A DNA stretch of 32,000 nt. Origin: an uncultured Lentisphaeria bacterium. GTDB lineage: Bacteria; Verrucomicrobiota; Lentisphaeria; JABSQK01; JAJFLO01. Numbering within the stretch: the first letter of the stretch is position 1; each line of letters starts with the position of its first letter. The stretch is taken from positions 30,001 through 62,000 of the forward strand of contig CATOSW010000001.1 of the NCBI GenBank assembly GCA_951812855.1, read 5' to 3'. Shown piece after piece: positions 9,250 to 19,170 of this stretch. The translations under genes were made by a program, and so were the position numbers. The notes under the pieces were generated by a model, which worked only from the letters and a program-made list of their open reading frames with translations, had not been told where the DNA came from and made no database searches.

Positions 9250-10854
9250 TTAGTTGTTGGCGAGGTGATTGCGATCGGTGTAGTAGGCAGGCCCACGCAG
9301 ATTGACGTGGTCGGGATTGCTCGCCTGGCATTCGGGTTCTAGAGGCAATGCCTCCAGGTTGTGTTTCAGAATGGACTGGACGCTGCGGTAGGAGCAGGCC
9401 CCGAAGTGCAATGCCCGATCGCAAGCGGCTTCAAGCCGCGGGTTGCCGACACCTTTTCCCAGGCGAATGATACCCAGGGCCGAACGGAATCCTTGTTCGG
9501 GATGAGGGCGGCTTTCCATGATGTGTTTGATGAGCTGAGCACACCGCGGCCCAATAGTTTCCGCCCATTGCAAGATCCTGCTGGGAGTCCATTCTAGGTG
9601 CTTTTTATGGGCTTTTGGCCGGTGTTCCCCATCTGTGGTGTATCGTCCGGCTAGTTTGCTTCGTCGGTGAGCGGCCACTCGTTTGCCCCCTTTGAAAAGC
9701 TCAACCGTCGTGTCAGTCATGCGTGCATCTAACTGTTGATGAATGAACTGATAGGGAACGCTGTAGTAGTGTTTGTCGACGACCACATGGTAGTCGATGT
9801 TGACCACTGGCCTCGACCAAGTGGCAATCTCAAACCCGATAGCCGGCAAGGGTTGGAGTTGGTTCTTCTCGTGAGATTCAAACCAGCTATTACGTGACCC
9901 GGGAAGCTTTTGAAAGGGGCGATCGTTGAGCTGATCCAACAGCGGCAGGATCGCTTGATTTAAGTCTCCGACGGTAAAGAAGCGCTGATCTCTCAGCACG
10001 GCTAGGATCTGCCGTTCGGCGATCTGAACCCCTGTTTCAACTTTGGCTTTGTCCCGCGGCTTAAGAGGTCGGGCCGGAAGAATGACGACACCATAGTGAT
10101 CGGCCATTTCCTGGTAACTACGGTTCAGGCCCGGTTCGTAGCGACAGGGACGAATCACAGCGGTTTTGGGATTATCCGGGACAACGGCCCGAGTGACACC
10201 GCCAAAGAAGCGGAAAGCGCCGACGTGCCCCTTGATCCAGGATGGAGATTGCTCATTGGCGAAGGCTTCAACATAAGTCTTATTACTCGCTCCCAGAACA
10301 GCGATGAACAATGAAGCCTGATCAACACATCCCTGCCGAGCGTTCTGAATCGGCACCTTTTGCCCGGCCCAATCGACGAAAAGCTTGTCCCCGGGTTGGT
10401 GATGTTGACGAAGCACCGGATCGACCTTGTTCGCCCATTGCTGGTAGAGATGGCAGAACTGACTCCGACCATAACCTTCGGGATGGTCTCGGCGATACTC
10501 CTGCCAGAGCAACTGCAATGTCACTCCCTTACGTCGGAGTTCTTGATGAACCTTTGCCCAATCGGGTATCGGGCGGGAAGCCTGATTCGGAGGCTCCGAT
10601 TCATCACAAGAGCCATCGCAGCCCATCAGGCGGTCGAGCAACTCTTTCTCGGTGAGTGATTCAGGCAGAGGCCAGCTCAGTGAAGCCGCTTGCGCTCGTT
10701 TGAGGTAATCGCCAACCGTACTGGCTGGGAGTCCGCAACTGCGGGCGATCTCTCGCACCGACAGATTCTTCTCGTGTTTGAGTCTTAGTATTTCGTTTAT
10801 GTGACGCATGCTGAGTAGTTTTTTTGCCATTGGATCAATTGCCTGATTCGACAT
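9250..10854 (-). CDS. istA: IS21 transposase IstA, 534 aa
   Basis: N-terminal HTH (LSVREIARSCGLPASTVGDYLKRA) followed by a DDE integrase-core region (DWAGQKVPI..., AVVPDNPKTAV, YGVVILPARPLKPRDKAKVE). The size and the istA-istB order are canonical for IS21. Confidence 0.95.
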   Translation of the reverse strand: MSNQAIDPMAKKLLSMRHINEILRLKHEKNLSVREIARSCGLPASTVGDYLKRAQAASLSWPLPESLTEKELLDRLMGCDGSCDESEPPNQASRPIPDWAKVHQELRRKGVTLQLLWQEYRRDHPEGYGRSQFCHLYQQWANKVDPVLRQHHQPGDKLFVDWAGQKVPIQNARQGCVDQASLFIAVLGASNKTYVEAFANEQSPSWIKGHVGAFRFFGGVTRAVVPDNPKTAVIRPCRYEPGLNRSYQEMADHYGVVILPARPLKPRDKAKVETGVQIAERQILAVLRDQRFFTVGDLNQAILPLLDQLNDRPFQKLPGSRNSWFESHEKNQLQPLPAIGFEIATWSRPVVNIDYHVVVDKHYYSVPYQFIHQQLDARMTDTTVELFKGGKRVAAHRRSKLAGRYTTDGEHRPKAHKKHLEWTPSRILQWAETIGPRCAQLIKHIMESRPHPEQGFRSALGIIRLGKGVGNPRLEAACDRALHFGACSYRSVQSILKHNLEALPLEPECQASNPDHVNLRGPAYYTDRNHLANN

Positions 10855-11089
10855 GAATCAGAACTCAACCCGTTCTGGCAGGTTCAGCAGCGTCACTCCA
10901 CCCTGAGAGTGGTTCTCCTCCAAATCGGCCCCGTGATCGGGACCGGATTCATCCCCGTTTTGAGCCCTCGACCAAGTGTCCGATATCAATCGGAATGCCT
11001 GTCCGACAAGCTCCGGATTGGGTGTCCGATATGGACCGGATTACCTGTCCGAACTGAATCGGAATCACTGTCCGGTATGAATCGGATCA

Positions 11090-11116
11090 GGTGTCCGACA
11101 AACGCCGGAATACGCA
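11090..11116 (-). repeat. IS21 terminal inverted repeat (istA-proximal end)
   Basis: GGTGTCCGACAAACGCCGGAATACGCA is the partner of 8123-8148. Confidence 0.85.
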
Positions 11117-11121
11117 GCCAC
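11117..11121. repeat. 5-bp target-site duplication (GCCAC), right copy
   Basis: See 8118-8122. Confidence 0.8.
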
Positions 11122-11256
11122 CCTCGAAACCGACGCTCACCGGGTTAGTGATTAGTTCTGGAAACGGTGAGGACTTAAGGAAAAAGCCCTGCAGCGCGTT
11201 CACCGTGGCGATATAAAATCTTTATCAGGGCAACACGTTCGTATTACTGTTTTCCG

Positions 11257-13608
11257 ATGTTCTATGCCCACACGGCGACCCAGCCTGATGGCGAGCCGGG
11301 AGAGACATCGAATTGGGAACCGTTGTTCACACCCTTTGGTGATGAAAAAGGCACCGAATGCCAGCGGCTAAAATGTAAGGAATGCGAACAAATGTCCCGG
11401 CCGCATGGGCACCTAAACAAAGTAGCCTGGTGGACTGCCAAATTCGGCAGTGAAATGTTTCGGCCCGGGCCAGAACGAGACGCCCTGCGGCAGTGGGGTT
11501 ATACGACGGGCCTTTGGCACGACCTTGGAAAATTCGCGATCGAGTGGCAGACCTATTTGGCCACGAAGGCGGACCCACACCAGGCGGACTCGGCGGGAAA
11601 GGTTGATCACTCCACAGCCGGGGCCAAGCACGCAGACATTACGGTGGAGTGTTTTGGGCGTTTGCTCGCTTACCCCATCGCTGGCCACCACGCTGGATTG
11701 CCAGACGGTATTGCCCCCACCCAGTCCTGCCTCAAAGAGCGGCTTGAGAAAAATATTGCTCGTTTCGACAACGCTCCTGAAGAAATCCTCAAAGGCCCCC
11801 CGCAGCTTCCTCCGGTGAAATTCGCCCTTGAGAGCGGGGGGACACTGGGGTTCTTCATCCGCCTGTTGTTTTCCTGTCTTGTCGACGCAGATTTCTTGTC
11901 GACGGAGGCTTTCATGAACCCGGACAAGTGCCAGTCGAGAAGATACATCCAGCCCAGCATCGAAGAACTCGAGTCCTTGGTTCAAGGCTACCTTGACGAA
12001 CTGAAGACGAAAACTGCTCCATCCCTTGTGAATGCGGCTCGGGCCGAAGTTCTCAGACATTGTCTCGCCTCCGCTGAACAATCCCCCGGACTCTTCTCTT
12101 TAACGGTTCCCACCGGCGGCGGCAAAACATTGTCGTCTCTCGCTTTCGCCCTCAAACACGCCCGGTTGAACAACCTGCGGCGTGTTATTTATGTGATTCC
12201 CTATACTTCCATCATTGAACAAAACGCCGATGTATTCCGGAAAGCGTTGGAGGCCCTCGGTCCTGAAGTCGTTCTGGAACACCACTGCAATTTCGATCCT
12301 GACGTCGAGCACGAGAACACCACCAACCGCCTTGCCTCAGAAAATTGGGACGCCCGATTGATCGTCACGACCAATGTGCAGTTCTTCGAATCACTACACG
12401 CCAATCGCACTTCGCGCTGCCGCAAGCTCCACCGAATCGCCCGCTCGGTCATCATCCTTGATGAAGCCCAATCCCTCCCTTTGGAACTCCTCGCGCCCTG
12501 CCTGCGATCGATTGAAGAATTGACTCGAAACTATCAAGCTAGCGTCGTCCTTTGTACCGCCACTCAACCCGCCATCACTCGCAATGAGGCATTCAAAATT
12601 GGCCTGGAGGAGCCCCACGAAATAATCCCCGACCCGCCCGAACTCTACGACCGCCTGCGCCGCGTTCAGGTCACCGTTCTTCCCGGTAAGACCAACGACG
12701 TGGAGTTGATCGAAAAGCTCCGTCAACACCGGCAGGTGCTCTGTATCGTCAACTCCCGCCGCCACGCCCGTGAGCTATACGAAAAACTTCCGCTCGATGA
12801 CTCCCAGTTCCATCTTTCCGCGCTGATGCACCCCGAGCACCGAAGCGAAAAACTTGAGACGATCAAACACCGCTTGGCCAGAAACAAACCCGTTCGTCTC
12901 ATTTCCACCCAACTTATTGAAGCGGGAGTTGACATCGATTTTCCGGTCGTCTATCGCGCCCTCGCGGGGCTCGACTCGATTGCTCAAGCGGCGGGACGTT
13001 GCGACCGTGAAGGGGAATTGTCCGCGAGGTCGGCGTCCCCGGCCGGGCGCCTCACCGTCTTCAATCCGGAATTGACCTTGTCACCCGGCTTTATCCGTTC
13101 CGCTGCGGACTCCGCCGCTGAAGTCTTTGCTTCGGGCCCATCTGCCCCCCTTGATCTGGACTGCGTCCGGCATTTCTTTCGTATCCATTATTGGAAACAC
13201 ACGGATGAGACCGACACCCGGGGGATTCACGATTGTTGGCCAAAAAAACTTAGCGAAAAAGAAGATCTGCTCTGTTTTTTATTTAAGAAGTGCGCCGATC
13301 ATTTTCGGCTCATCGACGACCATTCCGAACCCGTTATCATTCCCCACGGCAAGAAAGGGAGCGACCTCGGAACCCAACTTCGCCAAACCTTCGACCCCGA
13401 ACAACAACGGAGCCTGGCTCGCAAGCTTCAGCGTTACACTGTTTCCATTCCCAAGCATCAACACGCTGAACTCCTACGCTGCGGTATTCTCCAGCCTTTA
13501 CACGAGAACCGATTTTTCTTACTCAATAGTGACATTCATTATGATGAAGGATTTGGTCTCCACCCTTATCCCGACATTAACTTTAAGTGCGCTTCTATGA
13601 CCCTCTGA
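11257..13608 (+). CDS. cas3: CRISPR-associated helicase/nuclease Cas3 (HD + SF2 helicase), 783 aa
   Basis: HD-domain motifs are HGHLNKVAWW, WHDLGK and DHSTAGAKHA. Helicase motif I is VPTGGGKT and motif II is ILDEAQSL, followed by VLCTAT and QAAGRCDREG. It is the first gene of a type I-C operon. Confidence 0.95.
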   Translation: MFYAHTATQPDGEPGETSNWEPLFTPFGDEKGTECQRLKCKECEQMSRPHGHLNKVAWWTAKFGSEMFRPGPERDALRQWGYTTGLWHDLGKFAIEWQTYLATKADPHQADSAGKVDHSTAGAKHADITVECFGRLLAYPIAGHHAGLPDGIAPTQSCLKERLEKNIARFDNAPEEILKGPPQLPPVKFALESGGTLGFFIRLLFSCLVDADFLSTEAFMNPDKCQSRRYIQPSIEELESLVQGYLDELKTKTAPSLVNAARAEVLRHCLASAEQSPGLFSLTVPTGGGKTLSSLAFALKHARLNNLRRVIYVIPYTSIIEQNADVFRKALEALGPEVVLEHHCNFDPDVEHENTTNRLASENWDARLIVTTNVQFFESLHANRTSRCRKLHRIARSVIILDEAQSLPLELLAPCLRSIEELTRNYQASVVLCTATQPAITRNEAFKIGLEEPHEIIPDPPELYDRLRRVQVTVLPGKTNDVELIEKLRQHRQVLCIVNSRRHARELYEKLPLDDSQFHLSALMHPEHRSEKLETIKHRLARNKPVRLISTQLIEAGVDIDFPVVYRALAGLDSIAQAAGRCDREGELSARSASPAGRLTVFNPELTLSPGFIRSAADSAAEVFASGPSAPLDLDCVRHFFRIHYWKHTDETDTRGIHDCWPKKLSEKEDLLCFLFKKCADHFRLIDDHSEPVIIPHGKKGSDLGTQLRQTFDPEQQRSLARKLQRYTVSIPKHQHAELLRCGILQPLHENRFFLLNSDIHYDEGFGLHPYPDINFKCASMTL

Positions 13609-13612
13609 CCCT

Positions 13613-14314
13613 ATGCCTCTCGGAATCAAACTCCATGTCTGGGGGAGCTTTGCCTGCTTCACTCGCCCCGAAATGAAAGCGGAGCGCGTCTCCTACGACG
13701 TCATCACCCCCTCCGCTGCCCGAGGCATTATCGAAGCCATTTACTGGAAACCGCAAATTCGGTGGGTGATCAAAAAGCTCCACGTTCTCAAACCCGTTCG
13801 TTTTACCAGTATCCGTCGCAACGAGGTCGATAGAAAAATGACCCGGCCAGACAAGAAAGTTTTGAGTAACGAAAAGCCTGTTACCACCATCCTGATTGAA
13901 GACCATCGGCAGCAACGCGCCGCCCTGATCCTGCGCGATGTGGCTTACATAATTGAAGCATACTTTGATGTCCTTGACCCACGCTTTGAACCCAAGGGCC
14001 CGGAACTCTCCGAAAACGATTGCGTTGGAAAACACCTAGATACGTTCAACCGCCGGGCGCGACGCGGCCAATACTTCCATCACCCCTACCTTGGCTGCCG
14101 TGAGTTTCCGGCCGATTTCGCCTTGATTTCGAACGAGGCCGATCTTCCGCCAATCGAAATGCCCCCCGAAGAACAAAACCGCGATCTGGGATTCATGCTC
14201 CATGATATCGAGTTTGATCAAGACCCCAAAACCAAGAAAGTTAAATCCACCCTCCCTCGATTCTTCCAGGCTGAAATGAAAAACGGCGTTATCACCCTCC
14301 CGCCCCGTGTGTGA
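13613..14314 (+). CDS. cas5: Cas5c (Cas5d) pre-crRNA-processing subunit, 233 aa
   Basis: Carries HVWGSFACFTRPEMKAERVSYDVITPSAARGIIEAIYWKPQIRW, a hallmark of type I-C Cas5. It starts 4 nt after the cas3 stop. Confidence 0.9.
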   Translation: MPLGIKLHVWGSFACFTRPEMKAERVSYDVITPSAARGIIEAIYWKPQIRWVIKKLHVLKPVRFTSIRRNEVDRKMTRPDKKVLSNEKPVTTILIEDHRQQRAALILRDVAYIIEAYFDVLDPRFEPKGPELSENDCVGKHLDTFNRRARRGQYFHHPYLGCREFPADFALISNEADLPPIEMPPEEQNRDLGFMLHDIEFDQDPKTKKVKSTLPRFFQAEMKNGVITLPPRV

Positions 14315-14334
14315 GCTGAACTTACTATTGTCCC

Positions 14335-16188
14335 GTGATTCTCCAATCCCTCCACCACCTCTACGACCGTCTCAAAGACGACGTGGACTACAATCTGCCC
14401 ACGCCCGGCTATTCGTTACAAAAGATTACCTTCTGCGTCGTGCTCAACCCAGACGGGTCTCTTCATGACATCCAGGATGCCCGAGAAACACATACCCAAA
14501 CACTCAAGTCCGGCACGACAAAGCCCCGGCAAGTCCCAAGGTCGTTGTGCGTGCCCGGGAAAACCAAACCTTCAGGTCAGGCGATCAATCCCTGCACCCT
14601 CTGGGACAATTCCGGCTACCTGCTCGGCTACAAAAAGCCAGACAGAGATCCGGAGAAAGCCAAGAAGGATCGGCTTCGTTCTTTGGAGTCTTTCGACTGT
14701 TTCAAGGGACACCATGTATCGCTTGAAAATGAAATCAATGACCCCGCCTTCGGCGTTGTCTGCCGTTTCCTAAAGCACTGGAATCCTGAAAGCATCGAAA
14801 AAACTTGGACGGAAAAACTCGATGATTTCGCCGTGACTGGAAACGGCGTCTTCCGTGTTCGGGCGGAGCGGCACTACGTTCACGAGAGCCCCGTCTTCAA
14901 GCAGTGGTGGAATCACAGAACCGTACAAACCGAAACGGATGAAGGCAGCCCCACCGGCATTTGTTTGGTAACCGGACAAGAGGCGCCCATCGCCCGGCTC
15001 CACGAGCCAGCGATCAAAGGAGTCGCCGGCGCCGCTCCCGGAGGAGCCAAACTAGTCTCATTCAATATCAACGCTTTTGAATCCTACAGCAAAGAACAAT
15101 CCTTCAACGCCCCGGTCTCTGAAAAAGCCGCCAGTCAATACAGCAAGGCCCTTTACGCCTTGCTTGACGGCCGTCAAAAAGATCGCCATCGCGTCATCAT
15201 CGGGGGCACCACCATCGTCTTTTGGAGCGAACGCAAAACCATCACTGAGTCACTATTTGCCCAGTTTTTCAAAGGGGAGACGCAAACGGCTCATACCGAA
15301 CGGAACGCAACCGAGGAAAACGAGGCTCTCCGCCAAAAACTCCAAGCGTTCCTCATGCTGCTACGCCGTGGAGGCGGCTCGTTTGCCGAACTGGGCGACG
15401 AGCCCGACACGAAATTCTACCTTCTTGGTCTTTCGGGAAACGTCACTCGTCTCGTTGTCCGCTTCTGGCACGTCAACAGTATCCGCGAAATAGTCAAACG
15501 GCTACGCGCTCATTTCGAGGCGTTGAGGCTCGACCGCCGTCCCAACGCCAATGACTGGCACCAGCCGGAATTCCCATCTGTCACCCGCCTGCTTGAGCAA
15601 ACCGCCCGAGACTCCAAAGCGGTCCAGCCGCTTCTCAACGGTCAGCTGATGCAAGCCATCCTTCACGGCACGCATTATCCCATGACGCTCTACCAAGGCG
15701 TCATCAACCGACTTCGTGCCAATGATACCCTAAGCTATCTCAAAGCCGCCATTATCAAGGCGGTTCTCATCCGTAACTTCAACCAAACCATTGATGTGAG
15801 CCTGAATACCGAACGAACCGAACCCGCTTACCTCTTGGGACGGCTCTTTGCCGCTCTGGAGAAAACTCAAGAAGACGCACTGCCCGGGATCAACTCGGGC
15901 ATCCGAGAACGCTTCTACAGCAGTGCTTCAGCCACTCCGGCCAGTGTCTTCCCGCGCATGCTAAGAACCTACCAACATCACCACGCCAAACTTTCGGAAG
16001 GGCTCAAGGTGAACAGGGAACGCCTCGTCCAAAGGATCCACGCCCCGCTTAATGGATATCCCGCGCATTTGAACCTTGAAGAACAGGGGCTTTTCGCCAT
16101 CGGCTACTACCATCAACGGGAGGATTTCTTCAGAAAAAAAGAAACCACCGAAAACCAGCAGCAAACCAAAGGACCGCAGCATGACTAA
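14335..16188 (+). CDS. cas8c: Cas8c (Csd1) large subunit, 617 aa, GTG start
   Basis: The N-terminus (M)[12 protein letters not shown] is typical of Csd1. The size and the position between cas5c and cas7c fit a type I-C locus. Confidence 0.88.
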   Translation: MILQSLHHLYDRLKDDVDYNLPTPGYSLQKITFCVVLNPDGSLHDIQDARETHTQTLKSGTTKPRQVPRSLCVPGKTKPSGQAINPCTLWDNSGYLLGYKKPDRDPEKAKKDRLRSLESFDCFKGHHVSLENEINDPAFGVVCRFLKHWNPESIEKTWTEKLDDFAVTGNGVFRVRAERHYVHESPVFKQWWNHRTVQTETDEGSPTGICLVTGQEAPIARLHEPAIKGVAGAAPGGAKLVSFNINAFESYSKEQSFNAPVSEKAASQYSKALYALLDGRQKDRHRVIIGGTTIVFWSERKTITESLFAQFFKGETQTAHTERNATEENEALRQKLQAFLMLLRRGGGSFAELGDEPDTKFYLLGLSGNVTRLVVRFWHVNSIREIVKRLRAHFEALRLDRRPNANDWHQPEFPSVTRLLEQTARDSKAVQPLLNGQLMQAILHGTHYPMTLYQGVINRLRANDTLSYLKAAIIKAVLIRNFNQTIDVSLNTERTEPAYLLGRLFAALEKTQEDALPGINSGIRERFYSSASATPASVFPRMLRTYQHHHAKLSEGLKVNRERLVQRIHAPLNGYPAHLNLEEQGLFAIGYYHQREDFFRKKETTENQQQTKGPQHD

Positions 16189-17041
16189 TCGTTACGACTT
16201 CATTTACCTTTTCGACTGTCGGGATGCCAATCCCAATGGCGACCCCGACGCTGGCAATCTCCCTCGCCTCGACCCGGAAACCGGCCAAGGTCTGGTCACC
16301 GATGTGATGCTCAAACGCAAAATCCGAAACTTCGTACAGCTGACCAAAAAGAACGAGCCTCCCTACGACATTTACGTCAAGGAAAAGGCCATCCTCAACG
16401 AGCAGCACGACAAAGCCTACAAAGCGCTCGAAATCGACGAGGGAAAAGCCAAGCAACCCGAACGCGATAAAGCGAAAGCATGGATGTGTCAAAATTTCTA
16501 TGACATCCGTTCCTTCGGAGCGGTGATGACGACCGATATCAACTGTGGCCAGGTTCGAGGGCCGGTCCAACTTTCCTTCGCCCGGTCCATTGACCGGATT
16601 GTTTCCGCTGAGCACGCTGTGACTCGCATGGCTGTGACAACCCAAAAAGAGGCGGAGAAACAATCCGGCGACAACCGTACCATGGGCCGCAAATTCACCG
16701 TGCCATACGCACTCTACCGCGCCCACGGATTCGTTAATCCCTTTCTTGCCCAGCAAACCGGGTTCTCCGACACCGATCTGGAATTGCTGTTCACCGCCCT
16801 TGAAAACGCGTTTCAATTTGACCCGTCCGCCGCTCGACCAGCAGGCAGCATGAGTCCGAGAAAGTTGACTGTTTTCAAGCATGAAAACCAACTCGGGCAA
16901 TTGGCGTCACACAAGCTATTCGAGGCTGTGCACGTCAAGAAAAAGACCGATGTCGAAGTAGCGCGAGCATTCGAACATTATAATTTCAGTATAGACACCC
17001 AGGCTATTCCAGAGGGGATTGAAGTGATCGAGCGACTATGA
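16181..17041 (+). CDS. cas7: Cas7c (Csd2) backbone subunit, 286 aa
   Basis: I chose the ATG at 16181 ([50 protein letters not shown], a typical Csd2 N-terminus). This overlaps the cas8c stop by 8 nt. The ORF-track start at 16076 lies inside cas8c and is unlikely. Confidence 0.9.
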   Translation: MTNRYDFIYLFDCRDANPNGDPDAGNLPRLDPETGQGLVTDVMLKRKIRNFVQLTKKNEPPYDIYVKEKAILNEQHDKAYKALEIDEGKAKQPERDKAKAWMCQNFYDIRSFGAVMTTDINCGQVRGPVQLSFARSIDRIVSAEHAVTRMAVTTQKEAEKQSGDNRTMGRKFTVPYALYRAHGFVNPFLAQQTGFSDTDLELLFTALENAFQFDPSAARPAGSMSPRKLTVFKHENQLGQLASHKLFEAVHVKKKTDVEVARAFEHYNFSIDTQAIPEGIEVIERL

Positions 17042-17045
17042 AACC

Positions 17046-17681
17046 ATGTTTGATGACGATCAACTCCTGCCTCTATCGGCGGTCCAACACCACCTTTATT
17101 GCCCGAGACAAGCGGCCTTGATCCATCTTGAGCAGGTCTGGGCGGAAAACCGTTTTACGGCGGAAGGCAATCTGCTACACGAAAAAGCGCATATGGGTGA
17201 AGACGACTACCCACCGGGAATGCACGTCACTCGAACAATGCCGGTCGTCTCCCGAACCCTCGGGATTACCGGACAGTGTGACATCGTTGAATTCCATGCT
17301 GATGGATTAGTCGTTCCCGTTGAGTACAAGCGAGGGAAGCCCAAGTCTCATCGAGCGGACGAGGTGCAGCTGTGTGCTCAAGCAACGTGTCTGGAGGAAA
17401 TGCTCCAAGTTAATATCCCACAAGGCTACATTTTCTACGGTCAGCGCAAACGCCGAACCTCTGTCACGTTTGACGAAGCACTCCGGTCTCTAACAGCGGA
17501 CACGTGTAAGGCAATCCATTCGATGTTCGCCTCCCAAAGGACCCCACTGGCTTTCTACGAAGCCCGCAAATGCGATCAATGTTCTCTCATTCATCATTGT
17601 CAGCCGCATGCGTTGCGCCTTAAGCGGGGTGCCGCCGCATGGTTTACAACCGCTCTGGCCGCCCAGAATCCTAGCGACTAA
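17046..17681 (+). CDS. cas4: Cas4 RecB-like exonuclease with 4-Cys cluster, 211 aa
   Basis: N-terminal Cys (HHLYCPRQ), a RecB-type core (CDIVEF..VPVEYKRGK), and a C-terminal CX2CX5C (CDQCSLIHHC). Confidence 0.93.
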   Translation: MFDDDQLLPLSAVQHHLYCPRQAALIHLEQVWAENRFTAEGNLLHEKAHMGEDDYPPGMHVTRTMPVVSRTLGITGQCDIVEFHADGLVVPVEYKRGKPKSHRADEVQLCAQATCLEEMLQVNIPQGYIFYGQRKRRTSVTFDEALRSLTADTCKAIHSMFASQRTPLAFYEARKCDQCSLIHHCQPHALRLKRGAAAWFTTALAAQNPSD

Positions 17682-17696
17682 ACCATTGGGCGGTGA

Positions 17697-18740
17697 ATGA
17701 AAACTCATCTCAACACCCTCTTTGTCACCCTGGAGGGAGCCTATCTGCACCAGGAAGGTGCCGCCGTGGAAGTGCGTCACGAAGGGAAGGCGAAACTGCG
17801 TGTGCCGCTCCATAACCTCGACGGGATAGCAACCTTTGCCTGGGACGCTTATGCGTCGGCGGCACTCATGTACGCTTGCGCCGAAGCCAACGTGGCACTG
17901 ACCTTTCATAGCCCTCACGGTAAATTCCTCGCCAGTTCGCATGGTCCGGTTAGCGGCAATATTCTATTACGGAGGGCACAGTATCGGGTCGCGGACCAGG
18001 CGGACCAAGCAATCGGTATTATCCGCAATTTAATCAGTGCCAAGCTCGCCAACTCCCGAACGCTTCTCCAGCGAACGCTCCGCGACCACGGGGGAAAATC
18101 CACTGATCGAATCGACGCGCTTGGAAAGACCGTGGCCTTTCTCTCCTCCCGTTTGGGACTTCTGCGCCGCGCGGGCTCAGTGGATACTATCCGGGGCATC
18201 GAAGGAGACGCCGCCGCCTCTTATTTCAAGATCTTCAACCAACTTATAACGCTTCCCTCCCCCGGAGGCATCCGCCTCAATGGCCGGACCCGACGTCCGC
18301 CGCTTGATCCGGTGAACGCTCTGCTCTCGTTTGTCTACTCGCTTTTGGCTCACGACTGCCGGTCGGCACTCGAATCGACTGGGCTGGACCCTCAATGCGG
18401 CTTCTTGCACCGGGACCGTCCTGGGCGACCTTCGCTGGCTCTGGACTTGATGGAAGAAATGCGTCCGGCCATTGCCGACCGAACCGTGTTGACACTGCTC
18501 AACCGTCAGCAGGTCAAAGAAACCGACTTTGAAACAAAACAAAACGGAGCGGTAATTCTAAAGCCAGATTCCCGGAAGCTGGTCCTGCAGTATTGGCAAG
18601 AACGCAAACAGACCGAAATCACCCATCCGTTTCTCCAAGAGAAAATCACTATTGGTCTTCTGCCCCACATTCAGGCCCGCCTGCTTGCCCGGCATCTGAG
18701 AGGGGACCTCGACGCCTATCCCGCATATCTGTCGAAGTAA
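17697..18740 (+). CDS. cas1: Cas1 integrase, 347 aa
   Basis: Carries RRPPLDPVNALLSFVYSLL and GFLHRDRPGRPSLALDLMEEMRP, which are conserved Cas1 motifs. It lies between cas4 and cas2. Confidence 0.95.
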   Translation: MKTHLNTLFVTLEGAYLHQEGAAVEVRHEGKAKLRVPLHNLDGIATFAWDAYASAALMYACAEANVALTFHSPHGKFLASSHGPVSGNILLRRAQYRVADQADQAIGIIRNLISAKLANSRTLLQRTLRDHGGKSTDRIDALGKTVAFLSSRLGLLRRAGSVDTIRGIEGDAAASYFKIFNQLITLPSPGGIRLNGRTRRPPLDPVNALLSFVYSLLAHDCRSALESTGLDPQCGFLHRDRPGRPSLALDLMEEMRPAIADRTVLTLLNRQQVKETDFETKQNGAVILKPDSRKLVLQYWQERKQTEITHPFLQEKITIGLLPHIQARLLARHLRGDLDAYPAYLSK

Positions 18741-18748
18741 CTGGCACG

Positions 18749-19039
18749 ATGCATGTCTTAATTGCCTATGACGTCGCAACCTCGACTCTGGAAGGGCAAG
18801 CGCGCCTGAGGCGGATTGCCAAGATCTGTTTAGACTACGGGCAGCGGGTGCAGAATTCGGTGTTTGAATGCAAGGTGGATCCGGCGCAATATGTCGCGCT
18901 GAAGAGCCGCCTCCTCACCCAGATGAAGGACGATGAAGATTCGGTTCGCATTTATAATCTGGGGAAAAACTGGCAAGGGCGAGTCGAACATTTTGGACAA
19001 AAGGAACCCTACGACCCGGACGGACCGCTGGTTGTCTAA
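18749..19039 (+). CDS. cas2: Cas2, 96 aa
   Basis: I chose the ATG at 18749 (MHVLIAYDVATS...QNSVFEC..SVRIYNLG), which gives a Cas2-sized ferredoxin-like protein. The ORF-track start at 18593 overlaps cas1 and is unlikely. Confidence 0.9.
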   Translation: MHVLIAYDVATSTLEGQARLRRIAKICLDYGQRVQNSVFECKVDPAQYVALKSRLLTQMKDDEDSVRIYNLGKNWQGRVEHFGQKEPYDPDGPLVV

Positions 19040-19170
19040 CCCCCTTCCGCGAACCCCAAGCGACCAGCGGGGTTTTCCCAGTAAAATACCGTTCATTAAC
19101 TCGCCCGTTTTCGGGGTTCGCGCAATTTTAAGTGGAACCTTTTGCTGTGGAACGGGTTAACTGTTACGCA
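19040..19170 (+). promoter_or_regulatory. putative CRISPR leader
   Basis: A 131-bp non-coding stretch between the cas2 stop and the first repeat, on the repeat-5' side. No promoter was mapped. Confidence 0.5.

Larger units (their letters stand above)
8123..11116 (-). mobile_element. intact IS21-family insertion sequence (2994 bp)
   Basis: istA and istB are intact. The ends are TGCGTATTCCG... at 8123 and ...CGGAATACGCA at 11116 (TG..CA). Multiple subterminal (G/C)TGTCCGA / TCGGA(A)T repeats occur at 8141-8200 and 10975-11100, as is typical for IS21. The element is flanked by the 5-bp direct repeat GCCAC and is inserted in an IS1380 transposase gene. Confidence 0.92.

Noticed and set aside
11413-16900. 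Long antisense ORFs inside cas genes (11413-12081, 12394-12765, 13595-14035, 16130-16900)
   Set aside because: They lie opposite well-supported cas3, cas5, cas8c and cas7 coding sequence. Their composition is low-complexity and Arg/Gly-rich, typical of shadow frames.
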